From assembly GCA_950097015.1 (NCBI GenBank), contig CATNEN010000002.1:2604001-2668000 (forward strand): DNA of 64,000 nt, read 5' to 3'. The notes beneath the pieces were generated by a model that searched no databases, was not told the DNA's origin, and saw only the letters and a list, made by a program, of their open reading frames with translations. This DNA comes from Macrostomum hystrix (lineage: Eukaryota > Animalia > Platyhelminthes). Shown here in pieces: positions 13,055 to 23,419 of this stretch; positions within the stretch are counted from its first letter, which is position 1, and every line of letters begins with the position of its first letter. A program made the position numbers and the translations under genes.

Positions 13055-14463
13055 CTACAGCACAAGGAATCCAGCTGCAATCAGCTTCTTGGCCTCCGAG
13101 TAAAAGCAGTTCCTGGCGCAGTTGTCCTCCTCAATATTGCACTGGCACTGCTCTGACAGGTCTGTCAGCACTTTGAAGTTTGCCAGACCTTCGCTCAGCT
13201 TGGCGGGGTCCAGCGAGATCTGGAGGTCGCCGCAGCCCTTGAACTGGAGCAGGCATGGCATGAAGTAGGTCTCCATGGCGACAACAGTGCTCTGCTTGGC
13301 GACATCAACATCGGTGCCCTGTCTTAAGGCATGCCAGACAGCAGACATTAGGGTGGCCTTCACTTGGTAGTTGTAGTAGCAGCCACGGAGGCATTGTATT
13401 TCGGACAGGTCGCACTTGCATCGCTCGGGCAGATCCAGGCTATTCAGGATGCGGACGAAAATGCGAGCCTGCTTGAAGTCTAGGACACCGCTTGGAGGAC
13501 AATTGATGTCACGCAGGATGCAGTCCTGCAGCTGGCTATCGCTAAAGGTGGGCTGCGAGGAACGAAGTTTTCTTGCTTGCTTGCCTGAAACAAACAGTCA
13601 AACGGCGATACAGAGCTGGGCGTGCATCTTGAACTGCTCTATGTTGGCAGAGGCTTAAATGCATGAAAGTTAACAGACGCCGTCATTCATTCTGCCCCCG
13701 GACTTCACATTGCCGTACGGACCAACTCATGTGTTCTCAAATATCGATTGGTTTAATCATTTTTCTACTTTTCTTGTCAACCAATTACACATATTTATTC
13801 GCAAAACCTGTTTCATTTAGTTTCAAAAAATAAACCTATTGATGTACCTAGGAGTGCGAAACGCGTCGTACAACTAATTTAATGGTGGTTTTCGCTTTCA
13901 TCTTTATCTTACTTGCCAAGCGAGAAACTTTACCAGACATCTGAGATCTGTTATTGGATTCAAAAATTATGTACAACAAATCCCTTAAAATTGTATCTCA
14001 TGAACAAAACTCACGTGGGACCCTAACAAGCGGTACAGGATTCGAGTATCTCCTTGTGCCAGACGGATCCACACCAGAACACCTGTACCACTGATTCTCC
14101 CTAAATGGTCTGTGATAGTTGGTGCTCAGGGTAGAGGAAAAAGTTTTGTGCAAAATCACCGGCGGCCCGATGGGATCATTGCGCTCATCGTTAAAGTGAA
14201 ACTTGATGTCTCGGAGGCGCACATCATGAGTGCAGTTCACGAATTTGAACCCGGGGAACTGTGACGGTCCGACGGTCACGGCTGAAAATTGAAGACAGAA
14301 AAAACTTGCCAGTAATCGGAAGCTATTGTGAATAACAACAGAACGTACTAATTTGAATGGGGTCGTTGACGGCCGGATCTTGGGCAAGTTTTGGACAAGC
14401 GCTCATTGGCGACAACAGAAGGCCAAGGAATAGGCAGGCTAGGACAACTGCTGGCTGGCCCAT
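13055..14463 (-). CDS. 3-exon gene for a ~303-aa secreted protein: signal peptide + Ig-like domain + two tandem 6-Cys repeats ('gene A')
   Basis: Exon 1 14463-14349 (MGQPAVVLACLFLGLLLSPMSACPK..., donor GTACGT); exon 2 14281-14015 (VTVGP...NCTHDV...WYRCSG...PVPLVRVP, ttttcag acceptor, GTGAG donor); exon 3 13584-13055 (tttgtttcag acceptor, open to TAG). All junctions are phase 1 and give an uninterrupted 912-nt CDS. Confidence 0.8.
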
Positions 14464-14571
14464 GGCTTTGCACTGCTGGTTGAAAGTAATTTCTAATTAA
14501 TGTCTAACAAATCCTCAAAGATAGGTAGGAAGGTAGAACTCCGCCTAAACTTGCCTAGATCTTTGTGTCCA

Positions 14572-14690
14572 TATTTATAGCAACGGGTCTTATAGTGGAC
14601 CCGTTCACACTGCTGAGGTGGAGAGCGAGGCGACAACCAATAGAGCGAGTGCTTCGCTGGTCGCTATTGGCTGGAGCTAAGGCATGCGCA
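14572..14690 (-). promoter_or_regulatory. Core promoter of gene A: TATA box (TATAAATA 14579-14572), two opposed CCAAT boxes, GCATGCGCA element
   Basis: Motifs lie 110-230 nt upstream of the ATG and are all conserved in the paralogous promoter at 41996-42115. Confidence 0.6.
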
Positions 14691-14865
14691 TCAGGAATAT
14701 CTGGAGTCGAGTTCAACCCTCTTGTTGAGGGAGGCGCACTGGTCAGCGCCCCGTACAGTTTTAGCCCATTTACTAGCATGTTTTGCCCCCCTTCGGGGAG
14801 CAGAAATATTTTTAATTTGTCTTGTAGAAACTTTTTAGCAGCTGTATTTTCAGCTTTTTTAAGCT

Positions 14866-15362
14866 ACAATGATCACCCAGTTGACAATGATCCCCCAGTT
14901 GACGATGATGCCCCAGTTGACAATGATCCCCCAGTTGACAATGATCCCCCGGTTGACAATGATCCCCCAGTCGACAATGATTCCCCAGTTGACAATGATC
15001 CCCCAGTTGATGATGATCCCCCAGTTGACAATGTTCCCTAAGTTAATGATGATACCGCAGTTGACAATGATCGCCCAGTTGACAATGATCCCCCAGTTGA
15101 CAATGATCCCCCAGTTGACAATGATCCCCCAGTCGGCAATGATCCCCCAGTTAACAATGATCCCCCAGTTGACAATGATCCCCAGTTGATGATGATCCCC
15201 AGTTGACAATGATCCCCCAGTTGACAATGTTCCCCCAGTTGACAATGATCCCCATGCAGTTGATGATGATCCCCCAGTTGACAATGATCCCCCAGTTGAT
15301 AATGATCCCCCATTTAATGATCACTCCCCATTGATGATGATGCCCATTTGACAATGTTGCCC
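14866..15362 (+). repeat. 18-bp minisatellite (GATCCCCCAGTTGACAAT)n
   Basis: Direct reading of ~27 units; it explains the repetitive DPPVDN / MIPQLT / WGIIVN ORFs in the track. Confidence 0.95.
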
Positions 15363-15515
15363 AGTTGAATTTTTATATTAGCTTGTTATGTAGAAAATTG
15401 AGAAGAACAACAATTAAATGAATATTAGGCAAAATATTATATATCATTATGACGTTATGAGATAACAAACTCAAAATGTCAATAATTAAATTCAATGACA
15501 AAAGAAACATTTTGC

Positions 15516-18410
15516 CATGATTCAAACTCTGGTTCACTATGATTCAAACTCTGGTTTAGCCATGATTCAAACTCTGGTTTAGCCATGATCCAAACTCTGG
15601 TTTAGCCATGATTCAAACTCTGGGTTAGCCATGATTCAAACGCTGGTTTAGCCATGATTCAAACGCTGGGTTAGCCATGATTCAAACGCTGGTTTAGCCA
15701 TGATTCAAACTCTGGTTTAGCCATGATTCAAACTCTGATTTTGCCATGATTCAAACTCTGGTTTAGCCATGATTCAAACTCTGGTTTAGCCATGATTCAA
15801 ACTCTGGTTTAGCCATGATTCAAACTCTGGGTTAGCCATGATTCAAACGCTGGTTTAGCCATGATTCAAACTCTGGGTTAGCCATGATTCAAACGCTGGT
15901 TTAGCCATGATTTCAACGCTGGTTTAGCAATGATTCAAACGCTGGTTCAGCCATGGTTTTAACTCTGGTTTAGCAATGATTCAAAATCTGGTTTAGCCAT
16001 GATTCAAACTCTGGGTAAGCCATGATTCAAACTCAGGTTTAGCCATGATTCAAACTCTGATTTTGCCATGATTCAAACTCTCGGTAAGCCATGATTCAGA
16101 CTCTGGTTTAGCAATGATTCAAACTCTGGTTTAGCCATGATTCAAACTCTGGTTTAGCCATGATTCAAACTCTGGTTTTGCCATGATTCAAACTCTGGTT
16201 TAGCCATGATTCAAACTCTGGTTTAGCCATGATTCAAACTCTGCTTTAGCCATGATTCAAACTCTGGTTTAGCCATAATTCAAACTCTGGTTTAGCAATG
16301 ATTCAAAATCTGCTTTAGCCATGATTCAAACTCTGGTTTAGCCATGATTCAAACTCTGGTTTAGCCATGATTCAAACTCTGATTTTGCCATGATTCAAAC
16401 TCTGGTTTAGCCATGATTCAAACTCTGGTTTAGCCATGATTCAAACTCTGCTTTAGCCATGATTCAAACTCTGCTTTAGCCATGATTCAAACTCTGGTTT
16501 AGCCATGATTAAAACTCTGGTTAGCTATGATTCAAACTCTGGTTTAGCCATGATTAAAACTCTGGTTTAGCCATGATTCAAGCTCTGGTTTAGCCATGAT
16601 TGTAACGCTGGGTTAGCCATGATTCAAAATCTGGTTTAGCCATGATTCAAACTCTGCTTTAGCCATGATTCAAACTCTGGTTTAGCCATGATTCAAACTC
16701 TGGTTTAGCCATGATTCAAACTCTGGTTTAGCCATGATTAAAACTCTGGTTAGCCATGATTCAAACTCTGGTTTAGCCATGATTCAAACTCTGGTTTAGC
16801 CATGATTAAAACTCTGGTTAGCTATGATTCAAACGCTGGTTTAGCCATGATTCAAACTCTGGGTTAGCCATGATTCAAAATCTGGTTTAGCCATGATTCA
16901 AAATCTGGTTTAGCCATGATTCAAACTCTGCTTTAGCCATGATTCAAACTCTGGTTTAGCCATGATTCAAACTCTGGTTTAGCCATGATTCAAACTCTGG
17001 TTTAGCCATGATTCAAACTCTGGTTTAGCCATGATTCAAACTCTGATTTTGCCATGATTCAAACTCTCGGTAAGCCATGATTCAGACTCTGGTTTAGCAA
17101 TGATTCAAACTCTGGTTTAGCCATGATTCAAACTCTGGTTTAGCCATGATTCAAACTCTGGTTTAGCCATGATTCAAACTCTGGTTTAGCAATGATTCAA
17201 AATCTGCTTTAGCCATGATTCAAACTCTGGTTTAGCCATGATTCAAACTCTGGTTTAGCCATGATTCAAACTCTGATTTTGCCATGATTCAAACTCTGGT
17301 TTAGCCATGATTCAAACTCTGGTTTAGCCATGATTCAAACTCTGCTTTAGCCATGATTCAAACTCTGCTTTAGCCATGATTCAAACTCTGGTTTAGCCAT
17401 GATTCAAACTCTGGTTAGCTATGATTCAAACTCTGGTTTAGCCATGATTAAAACTCTGGTTTAGCCATGATTCAAGCTCTGGTTTAGCCATGATTGTAAC
17501 GCTGGGTTAGCCATGATTCAAAATCTGGTTTAGCCATGATTCAAACTCTGCTTTAGCCATGATTCAAACTCTGCTTTAGCCATGATTCAAACTCTGGTTT
17601 AGCCATGATTCAAACTCTGGTTTAGCCATGATTCAAACTCTGGTTTAGCCATGATTAACTCTGGTTTAGCCATGATTCAAACGCTGGTTTAGCCATGATT
17701 TCAACGCTGGTTTAGCAATGATTCAATCGCTGGTTCAGCCATGGTTTTAACTCTGGTTTAGCTATGATTCAGACTCTGGTTTAGCAATGATTCAAAATCT
17801 GGTTTAGCCATGATTCAAAATCTGGTTTAGCCATGATTCAAACTCTGCTTTACCCATGATTCAAAATCTGGTTTAGCCATGATTCAAAATCTGGTTTAGC
17901 CATGATTCAAAATCTGGTTTAGCCATGATTCAAAATCTGGTTTAGCCATGATTCAAACTCTGCTTTAGCCATGATTCAAACTCTGGTTTAGCCATGATTC
18001 AAACTCTGGTTTAGCCATGATTCAAACTCTGGTTTAGCCATGATTCAAACTCTGGTTTAGCTATGATTCAAACTCTGCTTTAGCCATGATTCAAACTCTG
18101 GTTTAGCCATGATTCAAACTCTGGTTTAGCCATGATTCAAACTCTGGGTTAGCCATGATTCAAACGCTGGTTTAGCCATGATTTCAACGCTGGTTTAGCA
18201 ATGATTCAAACGCTGGTTCAGCCATGGTTTTAACTCTGGTTTAGCTATGATTCAGACTCTGGTTTAGTAATGATTCAAAATCTGGTTTAGCCATGATTCA
18301 AACTCTGGGTAAGCCATGATTCAAACTCTGGTTTAGCCATGATTCAAACTCTGCTTTAGCCATGATTCAAACTCTGGTTAAGCTATGATTCAGACACTGG
18401 TTTTGCTATG
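15516..18410 (+). repeat. 23-bp tandem satellite (GCCATGATTCAAACTCTGGTTTA), roughly 125 monomers
   Basis: Period 23 (GATTC at 15541 and 15564). Confidence 0.97.
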
Positions 18411-18479
18411 CAAAATTGAATTAAAAGTTTCCCCTTTCTTCAAAATTAAATAAAAATTTATCGCTTCGCATCCATCACT

Positions 18480-18615
18480 ACTGACTGACAATTAGTTTAG
18501 ATGATTTGACGCAGTGCAGAGTCGAACCAGGGACACTTCGCCTAGCCTAGCCTAACCTATTCCTAGTGCCTACACATCGGCTATTCCGACTGTTGGTTAG
18601 TGGGTGCAAAAATCA
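18480..18615 (-). mobile_element. tRNA-derived SINE-like head
   Basis: A-box-like TAGCCGATGTGTAGGC (18583-18568) and B-box GGTTCGACTC (18528-18519) on minus strand. Confidence 0.45.
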
Positions 18616-18719
18616 GCCTTATAAAATGAATTCTCAAAATTCAGGGTTTGTACAATGAAGTAAGAAAATAGAGTACACTCAGTCTCGCGGTTGGTTGTGT
18701 ACATTTATTTCCAATTTGT

Positions 18720-19027
18720 CTCCAGAGTGCAGGCTTCAAATTCAATCAGCTATAGGGGTTGTTGCGCAATTTGACGATGCAATTCTAATTCAGTGGCAGT
18801 GAGTGAAATTCTCAATAGGCCAATATATTTTGACCTTTGAAAAATGGTCAAAAAGCATGTTTTTTGAATATTTAATCCCCTTAGCAATAAAGTTAAGCTT
18901 AATACAAATACGTGTATAATTGCCCCCATATTTAGCATCTTTTGGTGAAGAAATTGTGAAAATCGGTTGAGCCGTTCGGGAGAAAATCAATTACAAGCAA
19001 GCAACCAAGCAACCAACCAAGCAACCA
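18720..19027 (-). mobile_element. Helitron family-1-related fragment, inverted, truncating the Crypton ORF
   Basis: (GGTT/GCTT)n tract followed by CTCCCGAACGGCTCAACCGATTTT...AAGGGGATTAAATATTC, nearly identical to the array monomers; the distal part differs. Confidence 0.75.
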
Positions 19028-19644
19028 TTAGTAGTAAGACCAGCGTGTTCTTCACCATCTCGAAGGGCAAAATGGAGCCCATTTAAATAAAAGAGAGTTC
19101 TCAGCAACTTCTTCGGTGTGTCATCACTGAGCACGGTATCCCACAGCTTCTCCTCATCAGTCGTACTGATCACGTACCGAAAGAAGTCGACGCGTCGCAC
19201 GTCCGAGAAAGTCTGCTCCAATCCACCGACCGAAGATACGAGTGTACCGGCAGGATATTTTGAGCCGTCCGTACGAGTGACTTTGTGTGTGCACCTTGAC
19301 AGCAGAGAATTGATTTCGGAGTCGTTCATGTCTTGCAGAGGCACAGTGCATTCGATGCCAGACTCTTGAAGCCATCGATTGAACGCTTGAACGGCCCACT
19401 TGTTGCTTTTTAGAGTGTTTTGAGCCTTCGTGCTCCGATTAAGATTGCGAATTTCATCCAATGCTGCCTCAGAATTGCCACGGACTTTTCGAAGTTGCTG
19501 GAGAGCAAACGGGTCGCGGCAATCCAACCCTTCACATTGTATTTCTTCCAAATCTACTGCCGAAAGGCGATTAGGATCGTAGTCTCCAACGAAGTCGGCG
19601 CCATAGTCTACCAGTGGGTTTAAAATGGAAGAATTTTGCTCCAT
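19028..19644 (-). pseudogene. 5' half of a Crypton-like tyrosine recombinase (DUF3504-type), truncated
   Basis: KWAVQAFNRW, Y-x-x-x-TL, TLFYLNGLHFALRDGEEH motifs; same sequence as 43449-44063 but cut after HAGLTT by the Helitron fragment. Confidence 0.8.
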
Positions 19645-20008
19645 CTAAACACTGCTGAGAAAATAGTCTTTAAGTCGGGTGAGAGCTGCCAAAAAGATAT
19701 AAAAATTGCCCATAGACAAAATCAGCGATGGAATGAAGGAAAAGTATACTTTTTTGCAATTGAATTCGCCGAAACTGCAAAACAATTCCCCATAGAAGCC
19801 CATGTGGTCTAAAAATAGTAAGCCCATAGAAATTAAGCTAAAAGTCGAGATTGAATTCGCCGAAATTGCATTTGAATTCGCACTGGTGACGTGTCTATAT
19901 GTTGCTAAAATCGCAGGAACTTAAATTCGGCAGTCCTTCTCTATCCTGTTTTCAAAATGCTGAGAGGACTGTACAAGCCAGTATCGACGACGGATAGATT
20001 GCGATGAG

Positions 20009-20257
20009 ATGGCTGGCTCCTGCTTAAAAACTGCCGTCGGACGCTTGCTCTCACAGCCTGAAGTTCGTGCGGAACTGCTCAATACGGCTGCGGCAGCAAA
20101 CCTTGGCATCACATTGCACACCTGGAGAATGGGAATTCTGAGACGTGAGGTGACGGTCGCCCTACAGCAGATCACACAGCAGAAGTGCTTGCAGTGGGCT
20201 AATCACACGGCAACCTACTTGAATCGCTGCCTGAATCATGAAGACATTTTGGCATGA
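20009..20257 (+). pseudogene. C-terminal remnant of an IS630/Tc1-like transposase
   Basis: SCLKTAVGRLLSQPEV...WRMGIL...ITQQKCLQW...RCLNHEDI aligns by eye with SCLKATIKRQLSLPQV...WRILVL...ITPVKCGGW...RCVAGEDI at 27743-28012, which follows the LPYSPFLNP DDE motif. Confidence 0.7.
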
Positions 20258-20827
20258 TTAATTGCTCTTTTCTTTGATCGTTCGGTTGAATTCATTCTAC
20301 TCGTACATCAGTTCGCAAACTTTGTTTCCTCTTTGATTGTTTCCCCTTCGAAGCCTTTTGTCCTGTCAAATGAATACAAGCCATTGTATCACGCTGGCGC
20401 GTGTTAGATGCACGATTTACTGTGCGTCTAATGTAGTTGTCTATGGCAATTTTCTATCTGAGTAAAAACAACAAGCGTGCGTCTAACGCGTGTAATGCAC
20501 GGAAAGTGAGTATATTTTAATAAGTATACTTCTGCTACAAGTACAACGAACGAACAACATGGAATTGTGTAAACAAGGTAGACTGTGTAGACGCCTGACC
20601 CAAGTGATTTCCGTTTTAAGTCATCGAAAATGCTTTACATCGCTTATTGTGTATTCACATCGTGGACCCCCCGTCCTTTCGGTCCCTACACAGGCTTTTG
20701 TAAATCCCGATTACAGTTACAGTAACAGGAACGGTTAGCAGGTGCACAGACAGGGAAAGCGAATGAAGATGAAGGCGTTCTGCATTTGGAAGTTCAGTAT
20801 GGGAAAAGTTCATTGCTATTACTCACT

Positions 20828-21510
20828 CTAAGAATTGAACGTGCAGTTGTTGACAGTGTTGTAGAAGTTGTAAACCACAGTTGGCTTCTTCTTGGCGTCA
20901 TCACTTGGCGTCCCACCAGCAACGTCCGACGTGTCAGAAATAATCAGTGACTGGCTCATGACGGTAGAAGAGTCTTTCATAATCACGTCTTGCATGGAAT
21001 CATCCTTGTGTAGTGCAGAAGCCAAGCTGACCGACATGTCTCGCATTTCACCGTCCCTTCTGGAGCCAAAGCGTAAGTAGCGTTCTACAGTTCGCGTCTG
21101 CTTATGGCCAGTCACTTTGCAGATATCAGACACACTGTAACCTGCGTTAGATAGCTCCTTTATTACCGTGGATCGAATGCAGTGCGCAGTGTATGACTTT
21201 GATAAATTCGCCTTCTTTGAAATGACGGTCATCAGCTGGCCCAAGGGATTCACACCAATTGCCTTGTTCGGGCAGTACCATGCTCCATTTGCCCAACCAG
21301 TCTTTTTCGGCAGTAAGAAGAAAGGATATCTTTTCACCGTCTCCGAACTGCTTGATGGAATGGATTGCTCACGCTGAGCTAAATAGAGCTTCATAGCTTC
21401 CACAGGGCAGCGGCTTCTGTCTGGCAACGCACTCATAACAGCTTGCTTGACATAGTCACACGAGTTCCTGGAGAGTTCTTTGCCAACATTCTTTACTGTT
21501 CTATGGGCTT
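20828..21510 (-). pseudogene. 3' half of a second, divergent Crypton-like tyrosine recombinase
   Basis: RCPV, IGVNPL, YTAHCIRST (HxxR), VTGHK and ERY catalytic motifs; 5'-truncated; absent from the duplicate copy (~44805). Confidence 0.8.
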
Positions 21511-23419
21511 TTTCTATGGGCTTACTATTTTTAGACCACATTGGCTTCTATGGGGAATTGTTTTGCAGTTTCGGCGAATTCAATTGCAAAAAAGGTATAA
21601 TAAAACGTTTCAGGGATTTTTTCGAATAAATTCCGGAAAGGAAAGTAGTATAAGATAGATATGTGATGGTTTTACAGCCTGCGCTGCATCGACTTGACGC
21701 TGTCGTTACATATGCCCATGTCTTTAAATGTCATGGTTTAATAACAGAACTTAGCTTTACGTTCATAAACAATTAATAAATTGTGATGACCACGTCAGTT
21801 TTTTATTGAGCCTTTTTCTTGTGTTGTTTTACTTATTTGTGTGGATAAAATTAAAACTTTGAGGAATTCTATTCTTGTCCAAAGGATGGAGAATTGGGGA
21901 AAACGTCATTATTGGAGATAGTTACGATACTAGCAACTATGGGGAGCTTTCGGGGAGCTTATCGGGAGCCAATGGGGAGCTTGTAGCCGCATAGATAAAT
22001 CTGTGCTATTACGAAAGGTTTTCACTCTTTCAACCAATGCTACCCTTCTGATAAATCACACTAACCCTCTATAACTCATGCTACTCCCACGATAATTCAT
22101 TATAATGTCTCGATAATTTAGCTACATTTCAATAGATCATGCAACCCTCTCAATAGTTTATGCAGCACCCTCGAATACTTACGTATGCTTTTGCATTTAC
22201 TTGATGTATCACGCCTGCTATCAATAGATATCTAGCTCTATTATTTGTTAGTTTCGTGTTTTCTTAAAAAAATAACTTTGGAAATATTAAAAAATATTCT
22301 TAACTGTCCTGCTTAAAAACACGCCTAATTCTAAAAAACAATTATGCCATGCATCAGCTATGAGTAAAATATTTCTCCTTGTCTTGAATTCAAAAATGAT
22401 TGTAGCAATGCTCAAAAACGTTTCTTTCGTTTCGAAAATAAAAAACGCTAACAGCAAGTATGCTCGAACAGTTTTCATTTAGTGCTTGCAAGAATGCTTG
22501 AAAGAAAGTTAAAATATATAATGAAAGAAACGCTTATACCTTTGCTTAAGGCATTTTCTTATATTTGTGAATCTAAAAACGCTGGCAGCGAAAATTCTTT
22601 CCTCGGTTTTGTATCGAAAAACACTTGTTGCTGCAGTCGAAAAATGCTTTATTCTATTCTTAAAGCGAGAAGAATTATTAAGCTAACAAACATTTGCCTC
22701 GACTATCTCGCGCTAATCAAAAGCGCTTACTGTTACCAGTTAACTGTACCTGAAAAGACAAATAAAGAAAAATAATAATAATAATACTGTTATCTACGTT
22801 TTTAACTGATGATAATAAAATATTATCAACAGCTCCAATAGACTTCGAGCTAGATGAAAAAACGGCACAATGATTGAAGTCGAGACAATTTGTGACGATA
22901 TATGGACTGCAGTTTTCAGGGATAGAAAGGAGGAGGAAGGGTCTGACTAGCATTGAGAAATATGAAAGTAAAATCTGTGTAACTTACAGAAGTTTTTATT
23001 ATGTCAATAAAAATGTTAATATTTTGATAAAGAATTCTACCTGTCTATAATTCAGCTACTCGTTCGATAGTCCATAATCAGTCCTCGATAATTTATGCTA
23101 CCCTTCAATTAATCATGCCGCCCCTTAATAAGACATGCTACCCCCTCGATAAATTAAGCTACTCCTTGACAATTCATGCTTTCCCCTCAAAAAACCATGC
23201 TACCTCTGCAAGCCTTGCAAATGCCTTGCAAATACAATGTTCTGAAGTGTATTTGCAACTAAATCGAAAAAATATATAGGATGGCACTATTTTGAAGGAT
23301 AGCATGAAAATTGAAGTTTATACCGCAAGATGTCAAGATAAAAAATGTTATGCAAAGAAGGGGAAAGCATCAAATTATCGATGGGTTAGCTTGATATATC
23401 GAGGAACAGCATGATTTAT

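Larger units (their letters stand above)
19745..21599 (+). mobile_element. IS630/Tc1-like TIR element (family B), non-autonomous, carrying a Crypton insert
   Basis: Inverted repeats TATACTTTTTTGCAATTGAATTCGCCGAAAC... at both ends with TA flanks; internal transposase C-terminal remnant at 20009-20257. Confidence 0.75.

Noticed and set aside
13830-13880. TTGATGTACCTAGGAGTGCGAAACGCGTC, resembling the minimal hammerhead ribozyme of Penelope-like elements
   Set aside because: GAAACGCGTC fits, but the CUGANGA core has two mismatches and no stem I pairing was found; at most a dead relic.
14743-14776. GGCGC-N8-GCGCC hairpin plus CTAG at 14773-14776 as the 3' end of a gene-carrying Helitron
   Set aside because: The stem is short, the spacer to CTAG is ~20 nt, and the CTAG is absent in locus B; too weak to call, though it lies where A/B homology ends.
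14565-15354. Overlapping ORFs with DPPVDN, MIPQLT or WGIIVN repeats
   Set aside because: Artefacts of an 18-bp minisatellite that lacks stops in several frames; no splice or promoter support.
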